DNA from: Candidatus Poseidoniales archaeon
Lineage (GTDB): Archaea; Thermoplasmatota; Poseidoniia; Poseidoniales; Poseidoniaceae
Assembly: GCA_038110525.1 (NCBI GenBank)
Contig: JAYNJV010000001.1
Coordinates: 126,130 to 190,129 of the forward strand
Direction: 5' to 3'
Length of the DNA stretch: 64,000 nucleotides
In this document: positions 8,656 to 17,424 of the stretch, piece after piece
How the letters are laid out: each line of letters begins with the position of its first letter
Position numbering within the stretch: the first letter of the stretch is position 1
The notes under the pieces: generated by a model
The model's input: only the letters and a program-made list of their open reading frames with translations
Database searches by the model: none
Told to the model about the DNA's origin: nothing
Translations under genes and position numbers: made by a program

Positions 8656-10862
8656 TCTTCAGGGAAGAATGCATCTTCAGTGTATCCAGTTATCTCGTCA
8701 CCGGTTTCATCTTCTTCGATGGTGACCATGCCTTCAGCATCATCAAATTCAACAATCGTTCCGTATACTTCCTCTACTTCTTCTCCGTCTTCGTCATACA
8801 GTACGAGTCCAATATAATCTCCAATTTGGAAATCATCTTCGTGTATTTCACCCTCTTGTTCGCCATCATCATGTTCTTCGTAATCTGAACGGATTCCCAT
8901 GTCAAGTGCAAGAATGGCATCAATGAACTCCTCAGCATCGATTTTACCACTTCCATCTTCATCGAGAGTTTCAAGGATGGCTTGAACATGTTGTGGAGAC
9001 AAGGAGTCACCTGCGATTGACTCAAGCCCTTTCTGGAATTCTGGCCCATCAATTTCCTGATTGTGATCAGCATCCATAGCCTCAAAAACTTCCCGAATGG
9101 TTAGGTTTTGCTCGACCATGAGTTCTCCTAATTTCACAAAGGCATCATCAAAATCACGTGCATCTGCATGATCATCTTGTACTTCTTTCATTGCTCTCAT
9201 GCGTGCTCGCCAGGAAGGTGCCAATACAAAGTGCAATGTGATTGAAGAAATGAGTCCTGCAACCGACAAAATGAGTCCTAAAATGCCGTCCCAGTAAAAT
9301 CCTTTAGGCATAGAACTTGCTTCACCAGCAAGTGGAGTCAATGAATTTGCACAACCCCCAATTTGAATATCCTTGTCGCACGGATATATCGTACCGTCCA
9401 ATCTCGATTCAGTAGGCGAAATAGGGTAAACTCCAGCTTCTGTTTCTTGGGCAACAAGTCCACCTGATCCGTCGACTGGACCGACGAGTGCATTGACTAA
9501 CAATAGGACGATGAGAAGTCCAAACATGGTATGTATAATTGGGTACATAATGTCATTCCAACTCTTTGACATGAATCTTCTTTGCCATACTGTTGGAAAT
9601 TCCTTTTCTTTCTTCGCCTTGAGTTCTTCGGCTTCAATTTGTTCATCGAATTCTTCTATGGACTGAATGAATTCATGAAGGTCAATTTTACCATCTCCAT
9701 CTTGGTCCAAATCAGCCATGAGGTCGGTAATGTCATCTTCTGACAAAACTCCGTCAAGTTCATTTTGAATAGCACTCATTAGTTCTTCATGACTGAGTTG
9801 GCCATCGCCATTCTTGTCAAGATTGTTGAAAAATCGACTTACGGAAACACCTTCATCGTCCATCACAGCAATTAATTTTTCAAATGCAGCTTTTTTGTGA
9901 ATTCCTGGAACAAAATCGACTTCGTCAGATTCTTCATCTTCCTCAATGTCAGCATCCTCATCCTCGTCTTCAGATTCATCATCTCCATCAGCATGAATTT
10001 CTTCTTCATCATCAAATTCTTCTTCCTCGTCGATCCGATCGTCATCATCGTCGGAATCATCCGTGGATTCCATTTCTCCGTCCTCTTCGATTTCAGGTTC
10101 TTCTTCAAAATCTGACTCTTCCTCGACATCCTCATCTTCAACAGATTCTTCATCTTCAAGTTCTTCTTGAATATCACTTTCTTCATCTATCGAAGCATCA
10201 TGGTCTTCCTTCACATCATCTTCGACGACTGGACTCTCATTTTGAACATACAGCGCAGCGGCTTTCTTGAGTTCAGATTCTTTCAAATAACGATTTTGAT
10301 CTTCATCCATTTTGGATGCAAATGCAAGAAAATCATCCTTCTTTTCTATGTTGAATGATGACATGACTCTGTCAAGAACAGATTCAGCATACCCCAATTC
10401 TTGAGCTTGTTCTCCTGCAATGATAACTTCCAATTCCCCTAAATCTATCTCTCCGTCACCATTTTCATCGATGACTTCGACCAATCTTTGAATTTGACTT
10501 GGAGGCAAATCAGCAAGATTTAGATCGAGAAGCCCGTTTCTCAATTCATCGGAATCGATTATTCCATTTCCATCAGCATCAAATCGTTCAAACAATTGTA
10601 AAACGGAGATGCCAGTTTTTGATAACCATGAACGCAAAACATCAACGACATCATCTGCAACGAATACTACACCACATTCAGGGCATTTCGTAGAATCGAT
10701 AGGTACGAGTTTATTACATGCACCACATTCACCCAAGGCTTCATCGGATACCCCAGAAAACGACACACCACATGCTGGACATTGTGAAGAATCTATAGGG
10801 ATGAGTTCTCGGCAAGCACCACATTCGGCCATTGAGCCATTGCGAATATCTTCATCTGTCAT
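8652..10862 (-). CDS. Multi-EF-hand membrane protein: two N-terminal zinc ribbons, 7 EF-hand loops, acidic tract, 2 TM helices
   Basis: Start taken at ATG 10862 (AGGTG upstream). Loops DADGNGIIDSDE, DENGDGEIDLGE, DEDQNRYLKESE, DKNGDGQLSHEE, DQDGDGKIDLHE, DADHNQEIDGPE, DEDGSGKIDAEE; hydrophobic segments IMYPIIHTMFGLLIVLLLVNALV and GILGLILSVAGLISSITLHFVL. Confidence 0.9.
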   Translation of the reverse strand: MTDEDIRNGSMAECGACRELIPIDSSQCPACGVSFSGVSDEALGECGACNKLVPIDSTKCPECGVVFVADDVVDVLRSWLSKTGISVLQLFERFDADGNGIIDSDELRNGLLDLNLADLPPSQIQRLVEVIDENGDGEIDLGELEVIIAGEQAQELGYAESVLDRVMSSFNIEKKDDFLAFASKMDEDQNRYLKESELKKAAALYVQNESPVVEDDVKEDHDASIDEESDIQEELEDEESVEDEDVEEESDFEEEPEIEEDGEMESTDDSDDDDDRIDEEEEFDDEEEIHADGDDESEDEDEDADIEEDEESDEVDFVPGIHKKAAFEKLIAVMDDEGVSVSRFFNNLDKNGDGQLSHEELMSAIQNELDGVLSEDDITDLMADLDQDGDGKIDLHEFIQSIEEFDEQIEAEELKAKKEKEFPTVWQRRFMSKSWNDIMYPIIHTMFGLLIVLLLVNALVGPVDGSGGLVAQETEAGVYPISPTESRLDGTIYPCDKDIQIGGCANSLTPLAGEASSMPKGFYWDGILGLILSVAGLISSITLHFVLAPSWRARMRAMKEVQDDHADARDFDDAFVKLGELMVEQNLTIREVFEAMDADHNQEIDGPEFQKGLESIAGDSLSPQHVQAILETLDEDGSGKIDAEEFIDAILALDMGIRSDYEEHDDGEQEGEIHEDDFQIGDYIGLVLYDEDGEEVEEVYGTIVEFDDAEGMVTIEEDETGDEITGYTEDAFFPEE
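9920..10235 (-). repeat. Asp/Glu low-complexity tract (about 100 codons) inside the EF-hand protein
   Basis: Protein stretch EDDVKEDHDA...EEDEESDEVD; DNA on the + strand is dominated by TCT/TCA/TTC/ATC triplets. Boundaries approximate. Confidence 0.85.
10660..10832 (-). repeat. Tandem duplicated zinc-ribbon unit
   Basis: AECGACRELIPIDSSQCPACGVSF followed by GECGACNKLVPIDSTKCPECGVVF. Boundaries approximate. Confidence 0.85.
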
Positions 10863-10960
10863 ATGCACACCTATGACTCCTACGAAGAAGAATATTATAT
10901 ACATTCATCGCATTGAGGATTGAATTTAACCTAAATTTGATAGATTGTCGCAAAGGGTGG

Positions 10961-11812
10961 ATGAATATGGATGACATTTCCAAACCAGTATTGAGTTTGG
11001 AATTTTCCAACTATGCATCCGCCTTTGAAGAATTAGAAGAACGATTCTCAACTTCCAAATTCACCCTCCTCATTTCAAGATTAGACCACAGAACTTTGGC
11101 CACATACATCGGATTTGACAGAATGAAAGTCTTTTGGTTGACAAAAAGATTGGGCCAGTTAACAATCTTACCTGACATTTCAGATCTTGAAAATTGTATT
11201 CTCGACCATTTGACAGATTCTGAACTTATTGTTTTCGAGGGGGTCGATTGGCTGTTTGAAATTTATGAGGAACAAGATGTGTATCAATTCATTGCACGAT
11301 TGCAGGATGTCTTACAATCCCATCATCAGTGCATTATCTTGTATCAGCCCCTCACATTATCTCCAATTCAATATGCCAGAATCCGACGATTAGCGCCAAG
11401 TGCGACCACCAAAATTTTGAGCCCTGAAGTTACCCCTACAAGAAAATCAACCATCGAACATTCAGTGCCGTTGAATACTGATGAGAGTGAAACAAACTTG
11501 AGAATGCTTACGACATTACCTAAGTTGGGATTTAGTAAAGACCACGTTGCAAAAAGAATTCTTCAATGGAAACGCATGGGTTTTGATGTATCATCATTGC
11601 AACCTGCATTGTCGATGAGAAACATTGACGATGCCTATCAACTCTATCTTCATACCGAAGAAAAGATTCGCCGGGCCATTGAATTACTGAGAGAAGTAGA
11701 TTCACGGTCGAATGATTTATCCGCTAAAATTCTTCAACGCTCAAGATATAATTTGTATCAACTTGAAAACTTTGAAGATGTCGAAAAGTGGCTCATTCAG
11801 CCCACGTACTAA
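10961..11812 (+). CDS. DUF835-like (inactivated RecA/KaiC-fold) protein with helical C-terminal domain
   Basis: LLISR...KVFWLT...LIVFEGVDWL...FIARLQD pattern typical of DUF835; C-terminal WKRMGFDVSSL motif; start at ATG 10961 or 10967 after GGGTGG. Confidence 0.75.
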   Translation: MNMDDISKPVLSLEFSNYASAFEELEERFSTSKFTLLISRLDHRTLATYIGFDRMKVFWLTKRLGQLTILPDISDLENCILDHLTDSELIVFEGVDWLFEIYEEQDVYQFIARLQDVLQSHHQCIILYQPLTLSPIQYARIRRLAPSATTKILSPEVTPTRKSTIEHSVPLNTDESETNLRMLTTLPKLGFSKDHVAKRILQWKRMGFDVSSLQPALSMRNIDDAYQLYLHTEEKIRRAIELLREVDSRSNDLSAKILQRSRYNLYQLENFEDVEKWLIQPTY

Positions 11813-11838
11813 TTCAATGCATTTTTTATCTCAAAGTT

Positions 11839-13383
11839 TTAAATTAATCCGTGCATTGAGGTAATGGTCGATAACCATGTTCCTTCTTTAATGAATGATG
11901 CAATTGTGATGATGGATTCAGATGTCGACTCGTCACCATTTCGAACCGAATATATCATTCGCGTACACTTTCGAAGTTCTTCAATGATTGGACTCGATTG
12001 TTCGTGATGAAAATCCAAAGCATCGATTGCAATAACGAGTTCACAAGCCAGAATCTCAGAAATTCTATCAATGGCGACTTTCAAGTTAAATGACGAGGTT
12101 GCACCCATTGAAACATGGTCCTCTTGTCCAGCAGAAGTAGAAGTTGAGAATGCTGTACGAGGCAAAGTTTGTCCATGAATTTCTGCAAGTGCGGCCCCTG
12201 CTACATACTGGACAATCATCAAGCCAGATTCTAACCCCGCATCCTTTGCTAAAAATGGCTGTGGTGCTCTTTTGTTAACATCGAGTAATTGATCCATTCT
12301 GCGTTCACTTATACTTCCAAGTTCAAAGAGAGCAAGCACCATTGCATCGGCAACAAGACCGATAATTTCACCGTGGAAATTTCCTTGAGAAACTATTTCG
12401 TGAGGTCCAGGATTTCTTGTGTCGGGAAAGACCAGAGGGTTATCGGTTGAACTGTTGAGTTCAATTGTGAGGGTATCAATCAGTTTTTGATATGATTCAT
12501 GAACTGCACCATGAACTTGTGGAGCACAACGAAAAGAATAGGCATCTTGGACTCTATCACAGTTTTTGTGCGAGTTTAAAATTTGAGAATGTTCTATAAT
12601 TTTTCTCATCCGTTTTGCTACTAATTTTTGTCCAGGATGTGGACGTATGTTGTGGACTTGTTCAATAAGGGGCGTTGCACTTCCTTTCGCTGCATCCAAG
12701 GATGCACAATAGATAATATCTGCAAGTGGAAGAATTTGAGATAATTCGTAGGCTGATAATGCGAGGTATGCAGTCATTTGGCTTGTTCCGTTAATGAGCG
12801 ATAATCCATCTTTTGCCCTCAATTCTACTGGTACAAGCCCATTTTCTTGAAGAATTTCTTTGGTCTTCATTTTCACTCCGTCTTTAATGACATGTCCTTC
12901 TCCAATCAAAGAAAGTGCCAAATGTGACAATGGTGCTAAATCACCACTTGCTCCAAGTGACCCGATTCTTGGAATATATGGAATGATATTGAGGTTAAGA
13001 AATGCTACCAACTGATACATAACATCCGGGTGAGCCCCCGAATAGCCTTTGCATAATGAGTTGAGGCGAATTAACATCATGGCACGTACTTCAGGTTCTT
13101 GCATAGGCTCTCCAATAGCCGTTGCATGGGAGCGAATAAGATTGAGCTGAAGTTGTTTTACTTGGTCATTGTCAATTCTGGTGTTGACCAAAGAACCAAA
13201 GCCTGTATTCACGCCGTACACAGTTTCATTTCCTCTGAGAATTCGTTCGATGACTCCTCTGGAGGCGAGAATTTTGGACCAAGCATCTGAAGCGACTTCT
13301 ACTTTCACATGGTGGTGGGCTACCATAAAGACATCAGTTAGGGATAATGTTTCCCCGTCAACATACACCACAGTATCAGTCAT
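11839..13383 (-). CDS. hutH: Histidine ammonia-lyase
   Basis: VYGVNTGFG, NLIRSHA, SLGASGDLAPL (MIO-forming ASG), KDGLSLING, VQDAYSFRC, DNPLVF, GNFHG, QEDHVSMG. Confidence 0.97.
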   Translation of the reverse strand: MTDTVVYVDGETLSLTDVFMVAHHHVKVEVASDAWSKILASRGVIERILRGNETVYGVNTGFGSLVNTRIDNDQVKQLQLNLIRSHATAIGEPMQEPEVRAMMLIRLNSLCKGYSGAHPDVMYQLVAFLNLNIIPYIPRIGSLGASGDLAPLSHLALSLIGEGHVIKDGVKMKTKEILQENGLVPVELRAKDGLSLINGTSQMTAYLALSAYELSQILPLADIIYCASLDAAKGSATPLIEQVHNIRPHPGQKLVAKRMRKIIEHSQILNSHKNCDRVQDAYSFRCAPQVHGAVHESYQKLIDTLTIELNSSTDNPLVFPDTRNPGPHEIVSQGNFHGEIIGLVADAMVLALFELGSISERRMDQLLDVNKRAPQPFLAKDAGLESGLMIVQYVAGAALAEIHGQTLPRTAFSTSTSAGQEDHVSMGATSSFNLKVAIDRISEILACELVIAIDALDFHHEQSSPIIEELRKCTRMIYSVRNGDESTSESIITIASFIKEGTWLSTITSMHGLI

Positions 13384-15410
13384 CGTATTTCCTCCACAAT
13401 GTTCTCGATAAGGTCATCATCAGCAATATTTGGGATTGTCACCTGCAAACCCTCGATGTTTTCGCACGCCCTATGGATAGCATTGATTGCACCTTGATTT
13501 CGTGCCCAAGACCTTCGGGCAATTCCATTATTGACATCCCACATTAGCATTGATTGAAGTTTTCTTTCAGCCTCATCTGAACCATCAAGAACCAAGCCGA
13601 ATCCTCCATTGATGACTTCACCCCAGCCGACCCCTCCACCGTTGTGAATACTAATCCATGTAGCACCACGACAAGCATCTCCTAGGACATTTTGAATCGC
13701 CATATCCGCTGTAAACATCGACCCGTCTCGAATATTTGCGGTTTCACGATATGGGCTATCAGTACCAGATACATCATGATGGTCTCTTCCTAAAACAATT
13801 GGTGCGGAAATGATTCCATCTGCGATTGCCTTGTTGAGTGCTGAGGCAATCATTCGTCGTCCTTGATCGTCAGCATACAAGATCCTCGCTTGACTTCCGA
13901 CGACCATTTGATTCTCCCCCGCATTTTCAATCCATCGAATATTATCAGCAATTTGTTGATGAATTTCTTGAGGTGCTGTTTTTAACATATTGAGGAGTAC
14001 ATCTCTTGCGATGCTGTCTGAGCATTTCAAATCGCTTGATAGCCCACTGGTGCAAACCCAACGAAACGGACCAAAACCATAGTCGAAACACATCGGACCC
14101 ATGATATCTTCAACATATGAAGGATAGCGAAACGTACCATCCTCCAAAACCACATCCGCCCCAACTCTTGAAGCTTCAAGAAGAAATGCATTGCCATAAT
14201 CCCAGAAATACATGCCTTTTTCTGATAATGCATTAATTGAACGAACATGTCTTTGAAGTGTATCTTGAACTTCAGATTTGAATTGAACTGGATTCTTTGC
14301 CATCATCTCCGTTGACTCTTCGTAGGAATATCCAGCAGGAAAATAACCGCCTTGGTATGGATTATGCAAACTCGTTTGGTCGCTACCCAAATGTGGAACT
14401 ACGTTTCGCTCAAGACATCTTTCCCACAATTCTACGATGTTTCCTACATAACCAATTGATATTGGTTTATTGTTCTGAGCATTCTCCACCATTATTGAAA
14501 TGGCTTCATCAACATCTTTGGTGACAAGATGAAGCCAGCCTTGCTCATGACGCTTTTGTGCAGCATGTTCATTCATTTCTGCAATAATTGAAGACGCACC
14601 AGCAATCGTTGCGGCTTTTGCTTGGGCCCCCGACATTCCACCGAGTCCGGAAGAAATGAACATCATACCACGCAAGTCTTTATCACTTTCAAGTCCAAAT
14701 TTCATTCGTGCTGCATTAAGAATTGTTATTGTCGTTCCATGAACAATTCCCTGTGGACCAATGTACATGTACGAGCCAGCAGTCATTTGGCCATATTGTG
14801 TTACGCCCATCGCATTCATTCGTTCGTAATCGTCTTGTGATGAGTAATTTGGAATCACCATGCCGTTGGTGACGATGACACGAGGGGCATCAGAACTTGA
14901 AGGAAAAAGTCCTAATGGGTGCCCAGAGTACATTACTAAAGTTTGATTATCGGTCATCTCACTTAGGTACTTCATCACAAGGCGATACTGTGCCCAATTT
15001 TGGAACACTGACCCATTTCCCCCATAGGTGATGAGCTCATGTGGGAATTGTGCCACCTTTGGGTCAAGATTGTTTTGAATCATGAGCATAATAGATGCTG
15101 CATGTTTCGAATTGGTTCGATATTGGCTGATTGGTCGTGCATGCATTTCGTATTCAATCGGACGAAATCTATGCATGTAAATACGACCGTGCACATCTAA
15201 TTCTTGAAGAAATTCTTTTCCCAAGAGTTCATGGTGTTGTTTTTCAAAATAACGCAGTGCGTTTTTGATGGCAAGACGCTTTTCCTTGACGGTCAAGATT
15301 TGCCTCCTTGAGGGGGCATGGTCGACATCTTGTGAAAGTCCAGGATGATTTGGCAACTCCGATGGGATGCCTTCGGAGAGATGAGCATTAAATTGAGCAA
15401 CATCCTCCAT
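13380..15410 (-). CDS. hutU: Urocanate hydratase, long (eukaryote/Bacteroidetes-like) form
   Basis: GRIYMHRFRP, IMLMIQNNLDPKVAQFPHELITYGGNG, YGQMTAGSYMYIGPQGIVHGT, SGLGGMSGAQ, SDQTSLHN, WDYGNAF, GRDHHDVSG, HNGGGVG; ATG 15410 chosen as start; stop overlaps the hutH start. Confidence 0.97.
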   Translation of the reverse strand: MEDVAQFNAHLSEGIPSELPNHPGLSQDVDHAPSRRQILTVKEKRLAIKNALRYFEKQHHELLGKEFLQELDVHGRIYMHRFRPIEYEMHARPISQYRTNSKHAASIMLMIQNNLDPKVAQFPHELITYGGNGSVFQNWAQYRLVMKYLSEMTDNQTLVMYSGHPLGLFPSSSDAPRVIVTNGMVIPNYSSQDDYERMNAMGVTQYGQMTAGSYMYIGPQGIVHGTTITILNAARMKFGLESDKDLRGMMFISSGLGGMSGAQAKAATIAGASSIIAEMNEHAAQKRHEQGWLHLVTKDVDEAISIMVENAQNNKPISIGYVGNIVELWERCLERNVVPHLGSDQTSLHNPYQGGYFPAGYSYEESTEMMAKNPVQFKSEVQDTLQRHVRSINALSEKGMYFWDYGNAFLLEASRVGADVVLEDGTFRYPSYVEDIMGPMCFDYGFGPFRWVCTSGLSSDLKCSDSIARDVLLNMLKTAPQEIHQQIADNIRWIENAGENQMVVGSQARILYADDQGRRMIASALNKAIADGIISAPIVLGRDHHDVSGTDSPYRETANIRDGSMFTADMAIQNVLGDACRGATWISIHNGGGVGWGEVINGGFGLVLDGSDEAERKLQSMLMWDVNNGIARRSWARNQGAINAIHRACENIEGLQVTIPNIADDDLIENIVEEIR

Positions 15411-15503
15411 GAGACGACTTACTGTGGTCAATTTTTCATTGTTGTTATTCCAATTTTTGCAACCAACGGTCAACCTCAAGATGTATCAAGTACTGGAAGG
15501 AGC

Positions 15504-17408
15504 ATGGCCGATGAGGTGGTGATTGCCGAACTCGTTGAGCCAGATTGGAAAGCCTATCAACAACGGGATTCGAAACCATCCAAAGAGTTCAATTCAGTTC
15601 TCGCCTCAACCATAGCACTTGCCATTGTATTTCTTTTCCTTTCTATGACATTTGAATCGATTGTTACGGACGACATTCATCAACAAAATTCTGGTGAAAT
15701 TCGAGTACCAGTATGGGATAGGCATTTGTTAAATTATGTGACTGATGAAAATTATTCGTATGTTATGGAATTTGGAGAATACGAACTTCTCCCTACTGAA
15801 AATGAGTGGAATTCAACGCATTATTTCGTCGAGTATGATTTGCCTCTGAGTGAAGGCGGTGCTGCTCCGAATGGCTTGATAAGTCTCGCGGTTTGGAGAC
15901 CAAATGTACCTGAGGGTGTCAAAGTACCAGTCATTGCTGAAATCGGCCCGTATTTTCAAGAACCCTCTGTTCAAACACCCACGATTGAAGTGCCGGGCTC
16001 ATGGCTTGGTCAAATGATCATAGATCAAATCCTTCCTCATGGATTTGCTTTTGCTCAAATATCAGTTTCGGGAACGGGTAGGTCAAACCATTGCATGGAT
16101 TTGATGGGTAATGCAGAACAGTTGGGGAATAATGCTGCGGTAAAATGGCTTGGAGAGCAAGATTGGTCTAACGGTGCCGTTGCATTGATTGGTAAATCAT
16201 ACGACGGAAGTACACCTTGGCAGGCAGCAATGTTTGGTTCTGAACATAATTATCTCAAAACTATTGTTCCAATCTCGGGATTAATTGGTGTCAAGGAATT
16301 GATGTGGAGAAACGGTTCTTCCGAAGCTCGAGCACCAATTATGCACAATGGCGTGTATGGTAGTTATGGACTCGACGGCGATGAGGAAGATTATCAGAAT
16401 ATTTGCCCTGATTATGTCATTGGTCCAGGAACTGGTATGAGCGCATATATCCTTGGTGAAGAATATGCAGGAACATATTGGGAGGAGCGATATTTTCTCG
16501 ATAGGGTGATTGAAAATTATCAAGGAAGCGTCTATCTAATCCAAGGATTTCATGATTGGAATGTCGATCCGCACATGGCTGTTCCTACAATAAATCGTCT
16601 TATCGATAATGGAATTGAAGCAAGAGGACTATTTGGCCAATGGGACCACGATTATCCTGATAGACCAATTCAACTTGACGACCGTTCTGATTTAGGTGGT
16701 TGGGGTGGAGAAGCGTTCCCCGATATGATTCGACTAGATTGGATGCAGGATTTGCTCGAATGGTTTGATTACTATCTTCGTGATCTCGGACCTCAGCCTG
16801 GCCAATGGATAGAAGTTCAATCGAATCTTGGGGAGTGGCGAATTGAAACAAGATATCCACCTGCTGACACCGAAGTACTCATGTTATCCCTTGGTAATGA
16901 GCTATCAAATGTTGGCGGTACATTGACCGTACTACCCGATGCTGATTCCGGACCTGTGTGGGAGTCAGTGCCTTTTGAAACTGATGTATACATAGCAGGA
17001 ACTCCTCGTTTGCATGTCGATGTCCAAACTCTAACATACGGTGGCCAACTCTATGCGTTATTGGAATCATGTTCAGTAGATGATCTGTGTATCCACATTG
17101 CACATGCAATTATGGATTTGCGTTATCACGAAGGCGGCAGCCAACCTCAAACTTGGATTCCAGCGGTTGAAACTATCAATGCAAAAATGGAATTTTTCCC
17201 CATGGATGCTCAAATACCGGCTGGTCATCGAATTCGACTGTCACTTACCTCTACAGGAATGGATTACCTTCCTGCTTCGACATCATCTGTTGTGTTTATT
17301 GAAGAAGGCGTGACATCTACGTTGCAGCTTGATACTTTTAATCCAGAATCAAAACTCTATTTCACACCACCTATTTGTACCCATGAACGATGTATCGCAG
17401 CTTCTTAA
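15504..17408 (+). CDS. Membrane-anchored CocE/NonD (Xaa-Pro dipeptidyl-peptidase, S15-like) hydrolase
   Basis: N-terminal TM VLASTIALAIVFLFLSMTF; nucleophile GKSYDG; QGFHDWNV; GQWDH; C-terminal beta-sandwich. Start at ATG 15504 after GGAAGGAG. Confidence 0.88.
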   Translation: MADEVVIAELVEPDWKAYQQRDSKPSKEFNSVLASTIALAIVFLFLSMTFESIVTDDIHQQNSGEIRVPVWDRHLLNYVTDENYSYVMEFGEYELLPTENEWNSTHYFVEYDLPLSEGGAAPNGLISLAVWRPNVPEGVKVPVIAEIGPYFQEPSVQTPTIEVPGSWLGQMIIDQILPHGFAFAQISVSGTGRSNHCMDLMGNAEQLGNNAAVKWLGEQDWSNGAVALIGKSYDGSTPWQAAMFGSEHNYLKTIVPISGLIGVKELMWRNGSSEARAPIMHNGVYGSYGLDGDEEDYQNICPDYVIGPGTGMSAYILGEEYAGTYWEERYFLDRVIENYQGSVYLIQGFHDWNVDPHMAVPTINRLIDNGIEARGLFGQWDHDYPDRPIQLDDRSDLGGWGGEAFPDMIRLDWMQDLLEWFDYYLRDLGPQPGQWIEVQSNLGEWRIETRYPPADTEVLMLSLGNELSNVGGTLTVLPDADSGPVWESVPFETDVYIAGTPRLHVDVQTLTYGGQLYALLESCSVDDLCIHIAHAIMDLRYHEGGSQPQTWIPAVETINAKMEFFPMDAQIPAGHRIRLSLTSTGMDYLPASTSSVVFIEEGVTSTLQLDTFNPESKLYFTPPICTHERCIAAS

Positions 17409-17424
17409 TTCATTCAAAATTGCA

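Noticed and set aside
9884-10270. His/Gln/Leu-rich ORF on the + strand and Met/Lys-rich alternative-frame ORFs on the - strand
   Set aside because: Shadows of the GAA/GAT-rich acidic tract of the EF-hand gene.
15345-15503. Apparent head-to-head overlap of hutU and the S15 hydrolase
   Set aside because: Artefact of longest-ORF calling; better starts at 15410 (minus) and 15504 (plus) leave a normal divergent gap.
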